From positions 1-36,470 of IMG/VR virus record IMGVR_UViG_3300020043_001886: a stretch of DNA of 36,470 nucleotides. One strand, 5' to 3'. A program made the position numbers and the translations under genes. This document shows, in pieces, positions 16,956 to 25,687 of this stretch (positions are counted from its first letter, which is position 1; each line of letters opens with the position of its first letter). The notes under the pieces are model-generated. The model worked only from the letters and a program-made list of their open reading frames with translations, ran no database searches and was not told the origin of the DNA. This DNA is from a virus. Lineage: Duplodnaviria; Caudoviricetes.

Positions 16956-18596
16956 ATGCCAATTAACCCAAACATTGCATTAGGCATTCAACCTGTTCAG
17001 CAGCCTAATCTTCTTGGCCAGATGGGTCAGATTATGGCCATCCGCGCTGCGCAACAAGAAATGGAAGGCAGTCAAGAAGCAAGAAATTATTTTGCCAAAC
17101 CGGCTTCTGAACGTGGTGATCCATCAAGATTGCTTGGCACAAAGCAAGGGCAAGCAGCGTATAAAGCACTTAACGAAGGACAAGTTAAACAACTTGAAGC
17201 TGAACAAAAAAGAATTAATTTAATCGGTGCTGGTGCAGGCGCAGTGTTGGAAAACCCAACAATGGAAACTTTTACCTCAGTAGTTTCAAACTTGGTTGAT
17301 AGAGGAATATACACGCCTCAACAACGCGATCAAGCGTTTGCAGCTATTGGGAACGACCCGTCAAAAATTAAAGCATTTGTAACACCAATATTTAATCAAG
17401 CAATTTCTGCTGAAAAACGGCTGGCTGATATTACATCGCGCGCTAATGCTGCTACGGCTGCTGGCCCTGGTCATCGTCAAGCTTCGGTTGCCGAGCAACG
17501 CTTAAGGATGGAACAAGACGAAATTGATCAAATAAATAAAATAATACAGCAAGGGCGTGTGGAAACACCCTCTAGCGCAGTAACACCCCCCGTGGTTAGC
17601 GTTGGAGGCGGTGGCGCACCAATGCCAACAGCACCTGTTACTGGCGCGGTAACACCTGTTACAGGCGCGGTGGCGCAACCCAATGTGTTGGCAACACAAG
17701 TGACGCCGCCTCCAGCACCTCCAGCGCCGTCTGTTAATGCGCTAGACTCAAATGCGCAAGGACAACAAATTATTAAACAAATTAGCCAACTTATCCGCAC
17801 TGGTCCAAAAGGAAGACAAGTAGCAGATTCTTTGATTAAAGAATACAACTTATTAAACCCAGCAGGAAAAATTGAGCCAGACGCAAACGGAGTGTTACAA
17901 ATCATAAACGAACGCGCAGGCACTTCTAGGCCTGTTATTGGACCTGATGGCAAACCAGTAATTGCTAAGTCCCCATTTGAATCTGCGTACAGTAAAGGTG
18001 TTGGCGAAGAAGCAGCCAAGTCTGACGTAGCAATAGTTAACAGCGCGCAAGCTGCCGTTGCAAAACTACAAGACATTAACCAGACGCTTACGCAACTTAA
18101 CAAGTCGGACGCCATTACTGGTTTTGGTGCTGATTTACTTAAAGACGTTGAAAGGTTTAGAGCGCAATTTACTAAAGATACTAAAGCCGGCAAGCGGGTT
18201 GCAGATACAGAAGTTCTTAACGCTATGCTTGGTTCCGAAGTGTTTGGTATGATCCAATCATTAGGTATCGGCGCAAAAGGTTTAGATACGCCTGCTGAAC
18301 GCGAATACTTGCGCGAAGTGATGACAGGTACTATCCGAATGGATAAGGCTGCACTTATTAAATTGACAGAAATTCGTAAGAACGTTACGGAACGCGCAAT
18401 TGACGAGTACAACAAAAAATTAGACCGTGGCGAACTTGATAGGTATTTTTCGACGCGCGGCATAAAGCCCCAAAAAATTGAAAAGCCCTCCGCACCCGCT
18501 GCCGTTTCTGGAAAAGTAGATACAATAGAAAGTTTAAAAGAAGCTGGACTTTGGCAGTTCATGTCGCCTGAGGATCAAAAATTATGGCAGAAATGA
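16956..18596 (+). CDS. Ejection / internal virion protein 2 (gp20 position)
   Basis: 546 aa, helical and Gln/Ala-rich with a central Pro/Thr/Val linker; lies between the gp7-like and gp16-like genes. Confidence 0.7.
   Translation: MPINPNIALGIQPVQQPNLLGQMGQIMAIRAAQQEMEGSQEARNYFAKPASERGDPSRLLGTKQGQAAYKALNEGQVKQLEAEQKRINLIGAGAGAVLENPTMETFTSVVSNLVDRGIYTPQQRDQAFAAIGNDPSKIKAFVTPIFNQAISAEKRLADITSRANAATAAGPGHRQASVAEQRLRMEQDEIDQINKIIQQGRVETPSSAVTPPVVSVGGGGAPMPTAPVTGAVTPVTGAVAQPNVLATQVTPPPAPPAPSVNALDSNAQGQQIIKQISQLIRTGPKGRQVADSLIKEYNLLNPAGKIEPDANGVLQIINERAGTSRPVIGPDGKPVIAKSPFESAYSKGVGEEAAKSDVAIVNSAQAAVAKLQDINQTLTQLNKSDAITGFGADLLKDVERFRAQFTKDTKAGKRVADTEVLNAMLGSEVFGMIQSLGIGAKGLDTPAEREYLREVMTGTIRMDKAALIKLTEIRKNVTERAIDEYNKKLDRGELDRYFSTRGIKPQKIEKPSAPAAVSGKVDTIESLKEAGLWQFMSPEDQKLWQK
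17632..17671 (+). repeat. In-frame tandem repeat with 21-bp period (PVTGAV x2)
   Basis: CACCTGTTACTGGCGCGGT at 17632 and CACCTGTTACAGGCGCGGT at 17653. Confidence 0.8.
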
Positions 18597-20677
18597 CCAT
18601 TGAGCAACAACGCGCTATAGCAATCGCGCGCGCTCGTCGAAAAGCTGAAGAAGAAGCATTGCCTGGCGCAAGATCTGAAACGCCCGAGTGGGGCGTTGAA
18701 AACCCAACAGCATTTAAAATTGCTTCTGGTGCTAGAGAGATGCTTGGTCCAACGTTTGAAGCCTTGGGCACAGCGGGGGGCGCCGTGTTAGGTTCAGCTT
18801 TAGGTCCTGTTGGTACAGTAGGCGGCGCAGGGCTTGGCTATGGGATGACACAAGAAGTATTGCGTGGTGCGGATGTTTTGCTAGGCCGCGCAAAGCCACG
18901 AACAGGCATGGAAACTGTAACTGAGCCCGTTGGCAACGTAGCGTTTGGCGCCGTCACAGAAGCGGCTGCGCCTAAAGTTATGTCTTTGTTATCTAAAGGC
19001 GCTGGGCGTGTCGTTGACTTTGTCAAAGGCAATCGTCCTGAAATTAAAGCGGCGAATATGCTGCGTCAATCGTTAGAATCCGGCACACGTTCAGGCGTTG
19101 AGCCTGTTCAAAACGTGTTGCGCAATGCGCCAGAAGGCATGACTGCTGCGCAAGCAACAACAGGCCTTAAAGCACCTTTGTGGCAATCATTAAACGCTAG
19201 TGTGGCGCGCCAACGTGGTGCGGTCGATGATTACGCAAACGTAATAGCCAATCAAGCGACTAATGATATTGATGATATAGCTAAGTTTGCTGGCGGCGAA
19301 ACTGCTACGGAAGTGCGTCAAGCGGTAACAGGCGCAAAAGGTGCGTTAGGCGCAACAACTGAGCCAACTAAAAAAGCAGCACTTACCGCCGCTTCTGATG
19401 TTAGCGAAACTATGGTTGGGCTAAAAGGTGAGGCTGCAACAGCGCGAGAAGCAGCCGAAATAAAAACTGCGGATGCACGGCGCATGGCATCCGCCGCTGA
19501 AAAAGCCGCTGCCCGTGCTAACAAAACATTCCCTGTTGAAGGTCAACCCCGTGTGTCTGGAAAGTATAGTTATTGGGGCACTGAAGCGGCTGAAACCGCT
19601 GAAAAGCAATTGTCTGACGCCGCAAGCGGTTCACTTAAATTTGGCGACGCTGCCAGGCTACGCGAAGCAGCGCTTGAGAGTTTGCAAAATGCTGGTCTTG
19701 TTCCGCTTGAAGGAAAACCTTTAGCAGATCAAATTCGTGCGCTAACAAAAGACCCTGCGTTTGCCGGTAACCGCGAACGTGCAATTGCGCTTAATCGTGT
19801 TGCTAAAGAAATTGAACAGTGGACTTCTTCTAATGGTGTCGTGGATGCTCATGCCCTTGACGCTATCCGCAAGAACGTAGTTAATTCTATTTTTGCAAAC
19901 AGCCCGTTAGACCCTAAAGCTAAAGCTAAAGCTGTTGCGCAAACAATGAATGAGATTCGTCCTGCAATTATTGACGCAATCGAGTCGGCTGGTGGTACCG
20001 GCTATAAAGACTACTTACAGACATACCAAAAAGGTATTCAATCTGTTAATCAAAAGCAGCTAATGGGCGCTGCGCTTGATATGTACAAAAACAAACCTGA
20101 TGAATTCATTAAACTTGTTGATGGCGACATCCCAAAGTCTGTTGAAAAAATTATGGGGTTTGGCAATTTTAACATTGCAGATGAACTTTCTCCTGAAGCA
20201 ATGACTACTTTGCGCAGCGCAGCGCAAACGTTGAAAAACGCCAAAGAAATGACTTCGCAATCGTCCATGGCGCAAGATGCGTTGCGTGAATTGCTTGCAG
20301 AAAACGTGTCGCTTATGCGCTTGCCATCTTTAATCAGTGCAAAGTTTGCCGCAACAAACGTAGCAATTGGTATACTAGAAAAAAAGATCGGCAAAGATGT
20401 TATGAAAGCACTTGTTGACGGTTTAAAAACCGGAAAAGGCGCTGCTGAATTGTTAGATACGCTTCCTACTAGCGAAAAGAATCGTGTGCTTAAACTTTTG
20501 TCTGACCCAAGAAATTACGGCATACCCGCTGGCGGTTTAGCTACAGGTGCAGCAAGTGCAACCGGCGCGGATGAGTATATTAGCGGTTTAGGGAAAGACC
20601 CTGTTGGTACTCTTACGGGCGCTAACAAACTCGCACCCCCAACGCTCTATCAAAACCGCAACTCTCTGAGGCCGTAG
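18584..20677 (+). CDS. Ejection / internal virion protein 3 (gp16 position)
   Basis: 697 aa, Ala-rich and helical, with a Gly-zipper hydrophobic segment (GTAGGAVLGSALGPVGTVGGAGLGYG). Confidence 0.7.
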   Translation: MAEMTIEQQRAIAIARARRKAEEEALPGARSETPEWGVENPTAFKIASGAREMLGPTFEALGTAGGAVLGSALGPVGTVGGAGLGYGMTQEVLRGADVLLGRAKPRTGMETVTEPVGNVAFGAVTEAAAPKVMSLLSKGAGRVVDFVKGNRPEIKAANMLRQSLESGTRSGVEPVQNVLRNAPEGMTAAQATTGLKAPLWQSLNASVARQRGAVDDYANVIANQATNDIDDIAKFAGGETATEVRQAVTGAKGALGATTEPTKKAALTAASDVSETMVGLKGEAATAREAAEIKTADARRMASAAEKAAARANKTFPVEGQPRVSGKYSYWGTEAAETAEKQLSDAASGSLKFGDAARLREAALESLQNAGLVPLEGKPLADQIRALTKDPAFAGNRERAIALNRVAKEIEQWTSSNGVVDAHALDAIRKNVVNSIFANSPLDPKAKAKAVAQTMNEIRPAIIDAIESAGGTGYKDYLQTYQKGIQSVNQKQLMGAALDMYKNKPDEFIKLVDGDIPKSVEKIMGFGNFNIADELSPEAMTTLRSAAQTLKNAKEMTSQSSMAQDALRELLAENVSLMRLPSLISAKFAATNVAIGILEKKIGKDVMKALVDGLKTGKGAAELLDTLPTSEKNRVLKLLSDPRNYGIPAGGLATGAASATGADEYISGLGKDPVGTLTGANKLAPPTLYQNRNSLRP

Positions 20678-20678
20678 A

Positions 20679-20933
20679 ATGGACTTTCAATTTATGATCA
20701 ACCTTGGTGGCGCCACAGCAATTGGCGTGGGTGGCTGGTTTGCCCGTCAGTTGTGGGACTCGGTTAAAGAACTCAAGAACGACGTTGCGTCTATCCGCCT
20801 TCACATGAGCGAGAACTACGTCAAGAAGTCCGAGGTCGATGGCTTTCGTGCCGACATGGACAAGCGCTTTGACCGCATTGAAGTGCTGCTAGACAAGCTG
20901 TACGAGAAACTTGACGGCAAGGTAGACAAGTGA
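20679..20933 (+). CDS. Single-TM plus coiled-coil lysis-cassette protein (holin/antiholin candidate)
   Basis: Gly/Ala-rich N-terminal hydrophobic segment followed by heptads (FDRIEVLLDKLYEKLD); first gene of the lysis cassette. Confidence 0.6.
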   Translation: MDFQFMINLGGATAIGVGGWFARQLWDSVKELKNDVASIRLHMSENYVKKSEVDGFRADMDKRFDRIEVLLDKLYEKLDGKVDK

Positions 20934-21124
20934 TCGACCGCTGGAAGAACAGGCGCAGGATGGCTTGGTTATCCATGTTGGCTGGTTTGTTGTTTCCTTT
21001 GCTGATACTAGCCTCAGAATCCCCCACGCTTGGTGATATAGCATTGCCCTTCTACGGGTTCATCAGCGCAGTCCTTGCGTCCTACTTTGGCTTTGCTACA
21101 TACGATGATGTCAACGGAAAATAA
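20930..21124 (+). CDS. Two-TM holin-like protein
   Basis: Basic N-terminus (RWKNRRRMAW) and two hydrophobic helices, ending SYFGFATYDD. Confidence 0.65.
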   Translation: MIDRWKNRRRMAWLSMLAGLLFPLLILASESPTLGDIALPFYGFISAVLASYFGFATYDDVNGK

Positions 21125-21713
21125 AGACACGCTCATGGGCGTACTTAGCTATATAAACAGTCCGTTTAAGCTGTTTGTAGTTGTTCTTTTAGGCATACTT
21201 GGCTTTATAGGTTATTTTGTCTACACCCACCAAGGCGTGATGGTTGGTGCATACCTTAAGAGCAAAGAGTTACCGAAGCTAGATGAAAGCCGCTTTGATC
21301 TGGCGGCTTCCATGTTATTTCGGGAAACCAAGGCAGAAATTGTTAGTATCTTTTCAGTTGATCCAATCCTAAACAAGAGAGTGCTTGTCAGGGCTTACGC
21401 CAAAGACGGCGGCAGACACAAGCTGTTGGAAGGCACAAACGTAGGATTGTTCTCCGGCAACCACGCAAACAATTCTGATGTCATCCGTCTGATGGGCGGC
21501 GAAGTGCCTTGTGGTGAATACTTGCGCCCACAGTCTGAAGCAGGACTTTGGTATATACACCAAGGCGTTCGATATACCTGTAGAGTATCCATACCTCCCG
21601 ACATAAATAGTTTTATCGGGCAGATCACGGTTGGTTGGGCGGGGGAGCCTGATCTTGAGTATGCGCGTTCCATCATGGAAGTTGTCGCCCGTGGGCTGGT
21701 GTTGCAGAAATGA
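21105..21713 (+). CDS. Single-TM protein with GAF-like C-terminal domain, T4 holin T-like
   Basis: Likely start at ATG 21105 or 21108; TM segment LFVVVLLGILGFIGYFVY; C-terminal GVRYTCRVSIPPDINSFIGQITVGW resembles the last GAF strands. Confidence 0.55.
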   Translation: MMSTENKDTLMGVLSYINSPFKLFVVVLLGILGFIGYFVYTHQGVMVGAYLKSKELPKLDESRFDLAASMLFRETKAEIVSIFSVDPILNKRVLVRAYAKDGGRHKLLEGTNVGLFSGNHANNSDVIRLMGGEVPCGEYLRPQSEAGLWYIHQGVRYTCRVSIPPDINSFIGQITVGWAGEPDLEYARSIMEVVARGLVLQK

Positions 21714-22117
21714 TTCTCTACGCCAAGATTGCTGCAATTGCCATAGCCCTAGCGCTGTCTTACTGGGCAGGCTATGACCGTATGCGCGACAAGCACCTAT
21801 TGTTCGTTGCTGAGGTCAAGGCGGCAGGCGAAGCACAAGAGGCTGCAAACAAAAGCGCTGTTGAGATAGCGGAAGTCATAACTGAAGGGGTTAAAGATGA
21901 GTATGAGACTAGGATTGCTGCTCTGCGCCGCCAGTATGCTGGTCGGGTGCAGCAGTGTGGTACCAGTAGCGGTCAAGTGTCCACCGTTTCCAAGTCCTCC
22001 CCCAGCGTTGCTGGAACCGCCGACGACCCTGCCATTGTTGGGCTTTGTGCTGAAGAGACAGCTAAGTTAGTTGCATTACAAAAGTGGGTCAAACTTAACA
22101 TGGAGCGTTCTAAATGA
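21710..22117 (+). CDS. rz: Inner-membrane spanin (Rz-like)
   Basis: N-terminal TM segment, coiled-coil periplasmic part, C-terminal LVALQKWV; contains an embedded lipoprotein ORF. Confidence 0.82.
   Translation: MILYAKIAAIAIALALSYWAGYDRMRDKHLLFVAEVKAAGEAQEAANKSAVEIAEVITEGVKDEYETRIAALRRQYAGRVQQCGTSSGQVSTVSKSSPSVAGTADDPAIVGLCAEETAKLVALQKWVKLNMERSK
21897..22070 (+). CDS. rz1: Outer-membrane spanin lipoprotein (Rz1-like), embedded in the +1 frame of rz (not in the ORF track)
   Basis: MSMRLGLLLCAASMLVGCSSVVPVAVKCPPFPSPPPALLEPPTTLPLLGFVLKRQLS: signal peptide with an LVGC lipobox, Pro-rich mature part, GAAGGGG upstream. Confidence 0.82.
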   Translation: MSMRLGLLLCAASMLVGCSSVVPVAVKCPPFPSPPPALLEPPTTLPLLGFVLKRQLS

Positions 22118-22650
22118 TTAGCAATTGGAAGCAAGCGTTTGAGCAGATGTTGGCAAGCGAAGGTGGATTCACAGATGATGAGCGTGATAATGGCAACAAA
22201 CTACCAGACGGTCGCAAGGGTAGCACCATGCTAGGTGTTACCCAATTTAACTGGGAAAACCACATTGGTCATCAAGTCACGCATGAGCAGATGCGCAAAC
22301 TCACGCCTGCTGATGTTGAACCCTTGTACAAGAAAAAATACTGGGACGCAGTGCGCGCCGACGAGCTACCAAGCGGGATTGATTATCTAGTCTTTGACAT
22401 GGGCGTAAACGCCGGTCCTGGACGCGCCATCAAGCTGCTGCAGTCTGCCGTAGGCGTTCCTGCTGATGGTGGGCTTGGCCCGATCTCCATGAAAGCAGTC
22501 TTGGCGGCTGACCCTGTTGAGTTGATTGACAGTTTTAGTGCAGAGAAAGAAGCCTTTTACCGCAGTCTTAAAGATTTTCAAGTCTACGGCACAGGCTGGC
22601 TTAATCGTGTGGCTGCGGTCAAGGTTAAAGCCAATTCAATGCTAGCGTAA
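22114..22650 (+). CDS. Endolysin, glycoside hydrolase family 108 with C-terminal PG-binding domain
   Basis: EGGF...D.G...T..GVT, YKKKYW, FDMGVNAGPGRAIKLLQ, DGGLGP and YGTGWLNRV. Confidence 0.92.
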   Translation: MISNWKQAFEQMLASEGGFTDDERDNGNKLPDGRKGSTMLGVTQFNWENHIGHQVTHEQMRKLTPADVEPLYKKKYWDAVRADELPSGIDYLVFDMGVNAGPGRAIKLLQSAVGVPADGGLGPISMKAVLAADPVELIDSFSAEKEAFYRSLKDFQVYGTGWLNRVAAVKVKANSMLA

Positions 22651-22830
22651 CCCAGGCACCCAGCCGAACTTGCGCCATGTCTTTTGGACGTCGGTGGCAG
22701 CGGCTGGGACGTAGACGAATGTTGGGTCGTCAACCAATGGGCATGGCAGCTTCTTCATGCAGCGGTCGTTTACCTCACACAAATTAATGTGTTCGCAAAC
22801 GCATATTTCATTTTGATTCGTGGTGTACAT
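22642..22830 (-). CDS. Small hypothetical protein with a Cys-rich micro-domain
   Basis: CVCEHINLCEVNDRC followed by FVYVPAAATDVQKTWRKFGW. Start uncertain (22830 or 22854). Confidence 0.6.
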   Translation of the reverse strand: MYTTNQNEICVCEHINLCEVNDRCMKKLPCPLVDDPTFVYVPAAATDVQKTWRKFGWVPGLR

Positions 22831-22960
22831 AGCGTAGTTTCCCTGAGATGGCAATTAGTTCGGGTTGTTCTTTCTTGGCTCTTTCTGCCGCTAACTTAAG
22901 CGCCGGTGGCATTTTGTAAGCGCCCTGTTCAAACGGCTGTATTTTTTTGTCTTCTTTCAA
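22808..22960 (-). CDS. Possible small hypothetical protein, 50 aa (TTG start; not in the ORF track)
   Basis: MKEDKKIQPFEQGAYKMPPALKLAAERAKKEQPELIAISGKLRYVHHESK; bridges two same-strand genes. Confidence 0.45.
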   Translation of the reverse strand: MKEDKKIQPFEQGAYKMPPALKLAAERAKKEQPELIAISGKLRYVHHESK

Positions 22961-23216
22961 TTTCTTTGTTGACATACCATACCGCCTTTTTTAAGTCTTC
23001 AATTGCGTCGTGTTTAAGATCAGCACGCCAAATATATTTGATAGCATTGCCCAGGCAAAAATTCATATGCTCGGTAATCTGGATACATTCCACGCCAGAC
23101 GGGTGTGCTGTGTAGTGTGGCGGATGGTTGACTGTATCAATTTTCATAGGGTGTGCATAGCCTCCTTGTTTGTGTAATATCTCTACATACTCTGCTACGG
23201 TTCGCTCATCACTCAT
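22929..23216 (-). CDS. DUF3310 / SaV-like protein (T7 gp1.7 nucleotide kinase-related family)
   Basis: DTVNHPPHY...GVECI...FCLGNAIKYIWRA..K...EDLKKAVWY. Confidence 0.85.
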   Translation of the reverse strand: MSDERTVAEYVEILHKQGGYAHPMKIDTVNHPPHYTAHPSGVECIQITEHMNFCLGNAIKYIWRADLKHDAIEDLKKAVWYVNKEIERRQKNTAV

Positions 23217-23422
23217 GGCGTTCTTGCCTCCTTTAGTAATTCAATCCGTTCGCGCATCACGCGCAGGGTGTTGCCCCGCTGATGCAGACGCAGGATCATA
23301 GACGCCCTGCGTGGACCGCTAAGTTCTTCCGCCAGTAGAGCAAACACCTCGTCTTCCGACAAGCTGCTCAAGCGGCTATTTAGATTTCGCCAAGTGGTTT
23401 TCAATTTTTTGCTCCAAGTCAT
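23213..23422 (-). CDS. Conserved phage hypothetical protein
   Basis: TWRNLNSRLSSLSEDEV...RRASMILRLHQR.NTLR..RER. Start is ATG 23422 or TTG 23404. Confidence 0.7.
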   Translation of the reverse strand: MTWSKKLKTTWRNLNSRLSSLSEDEVFALLAEELSGPRRASMILRLHQRGNTLRVMRERIELLKEARTP

Positions 23423-23540
23423 GTATGGTTTTACTGGTGTTTCTAAGCGCGCGCACGACAGCTCTGGCGTGACGTCCATGTAGCTTATGTTCTGCCTTCG
23501 CAGCCTTTAGTTTAGCTTTCCATAACTCTAATCTTTTCAT
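23376..23540 (-). CDS. Small basic coiled-coil protein
   Basis: MKRLELWKAKLKAAKAE...; GGAG RBS and ATGA overlap with the upstream gene. Confidence 0.7.
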   Translation of the reverse strand: MKRLELWKAKLKAAKAEHKLHGRHARAVVRALRNTSKTIHDLEQKIENHLAKSK

Positions 23541-23974
23541 GCTATCTCCGTAAATAACCATGCCGCCGCAACGTCTGGGTGTGGTTGAAACCGTTTCATA
23601 AACTCAAGATGATCATGCTGGCTAACAGACCGATCCCAAGAGTGGATTGTGGAGCGCCAACCGTTGTTGGCCACAATAGGTGCGTAGGGGTCATATGCGT
23701 TGCGCTTACTCAATTCTTTGCGTCTTTCGTTTTGTGACTTCTTTTTACTTACAAGCTCAACAGACTCCCCCTCACCCAACTTGTACGCTTTAGTGCGAAC
23801 ACCATGCTTGCCTTTGCGCCACTCGCATACATGAATCTCCCCCATCGCCTCCAGTAGTCGTAGGTGCTTAGATACGGCTTTAGTCTCTGACCTTAACTCT
23901 GCTGCAATCTCTGCCGCAGTCAGGTCTTTAATTGCGAGGATGTCAAGAATCTGTTCTTGTTTAGGGGTGATCAT
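23537..23974 (-). CDS. Winged helix-turn-helix DNA-binding protein
   Basis: QILDIL...LTAAEIAAEL......VSKHLRLLEAMGEI, an ArsR/HTH_20-like pattern, followed by a wing. Confidence 0.78.
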   Translation of the reverse strand: MITPKQEQILDILAIKDLTAAEIAAELRSETKAVSKHLRLLEAMGEIHVCEWRKGKHGVRTKAYKLGEGESVELVSKKKSQNERRKELSKRNAYDPYAPIVANNGWRSTIHSWDRSVSQHDHLEFMKRFQPHPDVAAAWLFTEIA

Positions 23975-24180
23975 GTGTTGCGCTCCTTGAGTGCGGCTTC
24001 GATGGCTCTGGCCTTTTCAATATTATTTAAAAACGGGTCAAAAGCATCAATAATCTCCTCATCAGTCAGCCCGACCCATATACGTTCACGCTCATCTTGG
24101 CGCACTAACTCGGCAAAGCGATGCAGGGGATCTTTGCAATTCTCATTCATCACTTGTTGGAATATTTCTTCAGTGTTCAT
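23971..24180 (-). CDS. Hypothetical protein with WVGLTDEE...ARAIEAALKERN module
   Basis: Recurring phage micro-modules RFAELVRQDERE and WVGLTDEE; ATGA overlaps at both ends. Confidence 0.72.
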   Translation of the reverse strand: MNTEEIFQQVMNENCKDPLHRFAELVRQDERERIWVGLTDEEIIDAFDPFLNNIEKARAIEAALKERNT

Positions 24181-24359
24181 GCCTTCTCTCCCTTCAAACA
24201 ACGATCATATAACTCGCATCGCTCTGGACTGATGCACTCACACTTGGTTGGCTTGAGCGCCGCGTTCCAACCCGCACACCATGCCTTGTATGCAAAGCCC
24301 TGCGACTTGGTGCCTTCTAAGCTGTCGTACCACAGGCTAAACAGAATATCCTTGTTCAT
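24177..24359 (-). CDS. Small hypothetical protein with C-terminal Cys-rich micro-domain
   Basis: AYKAWCAGW then CECISPERCELYDRC; coupled to the helicase stop. Confidence 0.7.
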   Translation of the reverse strand: MNKDILFSLWYDSLEGTKSQGFAYKAWCAGWNAALKPTKCECISPERCELYDRCLKGEKA

Positions 24360-25687
24360 TTCAACGCCTCCATAGCGATGTCAGACACGGCGCGTTTGTC
24401 ATGCAACGCACCCCAAATTTTCTCGTCAACCGTCTTGTTGGTGAGCATTACATAGACCCAGACGTCGTGCTGCTGCCCTGATCGATGCAGTCGTCCGACA
24501 GTCTGCTCGAACAACTCAAGACTCCAAGGCAGTGACAGAAAGACCATCCGGCAACCGCCGTGTTGCAAGTTAAGACCGTGGCCTGCTGACTTGGGGTGGA
24601 CAAGAAGCAACTCCACCTCTCCCTTATTCCAGCGCTCAATGGCGCGGTCGTCGTCCAAAGTAACGGCGTGTTTGTATCGGCGCTTGAGTTCTGCAAGTTC
24701 TTCTTTGTAGTTGTAGGCGATGATGGTGTTGGCACGTTGGTTCTCCTGAAGTAAATCATCTAGCGCATCGAACTTATGCTTGCTAAACCAGATGGGCGTT
24801 TGTGTGACCGCAAACTTACCTGGTGTCTCACTTGCCACGCTTGTCGTGTCGTAAACAAAGCCAGACGCCATTTGTTGCAGCTTGCCTGTGACGACGGCTG
24901 CGTTAATCGCCGCGATCTGACTCTCGCCAAACTGCACCACAAAGTCTTTCTTCATGGTGTTGTACTCAGTCATCACCATGTCGCAGCGCATCTCGACCAT
25001 GTGACAAGGCGGCAGCTTATCTGCGTACTCACCAGGCTCTAGCACATACGTTGCAGGCTTGATCACGTCCATCACGCGCTTGAGTGATCCTGGGCGCGGC
25101 ATCCACTCGCCGTACTCAGGGTTCATCAGCACAAAGTACTGTTGCATGAACGCACCCTTGCTGCGCCCTAATAGTTTTTGGTCAACAATCTTACATTGCC
25201 CGAACACGTCTTCTAGGCCGTTAGAGGTAAACGATCCGGTCAAGCCCCAGCGCACACCCATCTTATCAATCACTTTATTGAGCGCTTTAAAGCGCGCGCC
25301 TGATGGGTTCTTGAGCCGTGTCAGTTCGTCAAACACAATGGCGTCAAAGTTTAGCTCTTGCTCAGACAGCCATTGCAAGTTGTCGTAGTTGGTGACCACG
25401 ATGTCGCTGTGTGATCTGAGCGCAGACAGACGTTCTGCCGGTGTGCCAACAGCTACACGCATATACAGACTAGGCGCCCACTTCAACACTTCTACTGGCC
25501 ACACATCCGTACACACGCGCTTAGGCGCTAACACTAAGAAGCGGCGCACGATCTTATCGTTAAGCGCGTTTTTCATAGCGGTCAAGGTGATCGCAGTCTT
25601 TCCTGCGCCCACGGGTGCCAAAATCATCGCACGATCACTCTCGTACAAGAAGTTGGCTGCGTCATTCTGATAGGGTCTTAGTTCCAT
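24356..25687 (-). CDS. SNF2-family (SF2) DNA helicase
   Basis: LRPYQ Q-motif, GAGKT Walker A, FDEL, LTGS, SAGHGLNLQ and QTVGRLHRSGQ. Start placed at ATG 25687. Confidence 0.92.
   Translation of the reverse strand: MELRPYQNDAANFLYESDRAMILAPVGAGKTAITLTAMKNALNDKIVRRFLVLAPKRVCTDVWPVEVLKWAPSLYMRVAVGTPAERLSALRSHSDIVVTNYDNLQWLSEQELNFDAIVFDELTRLKNPSGARFKALNKVIDKMGVRWGLTGSFTSNGLEDVFGQCKIVDQKLLGRSKGAFMQQYFVLMNPEYGEWMPRPGSLKRVMDVIKPATYVLEPGEYADKLPPCHMVEMRCDMVMTEYNTMKKDFVVQFGESQIAAINAAVVTGKLQQMASGFVYDTTSVASETPGKFAVTQTPIWFSKHKFDALDDLLQENQRANTIIAYNYKEELAELKRRYKHAVTLDDDRAIERWNKGEVELLLVHPKSAGHGLNLQHGGCRMVFLSLPWSLELFEQTVGRLHRSGQQHDVWVYVMLTNKTVDEKIWGALHDKRAVSDIAMEALK

Noticed and set aside
23537-23974. CI-like lysogeny repressor
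   Set aside because: ArsR-like winged helix in mid-operon with no peptidase domain, and no integrase or divergent cro arrangement.
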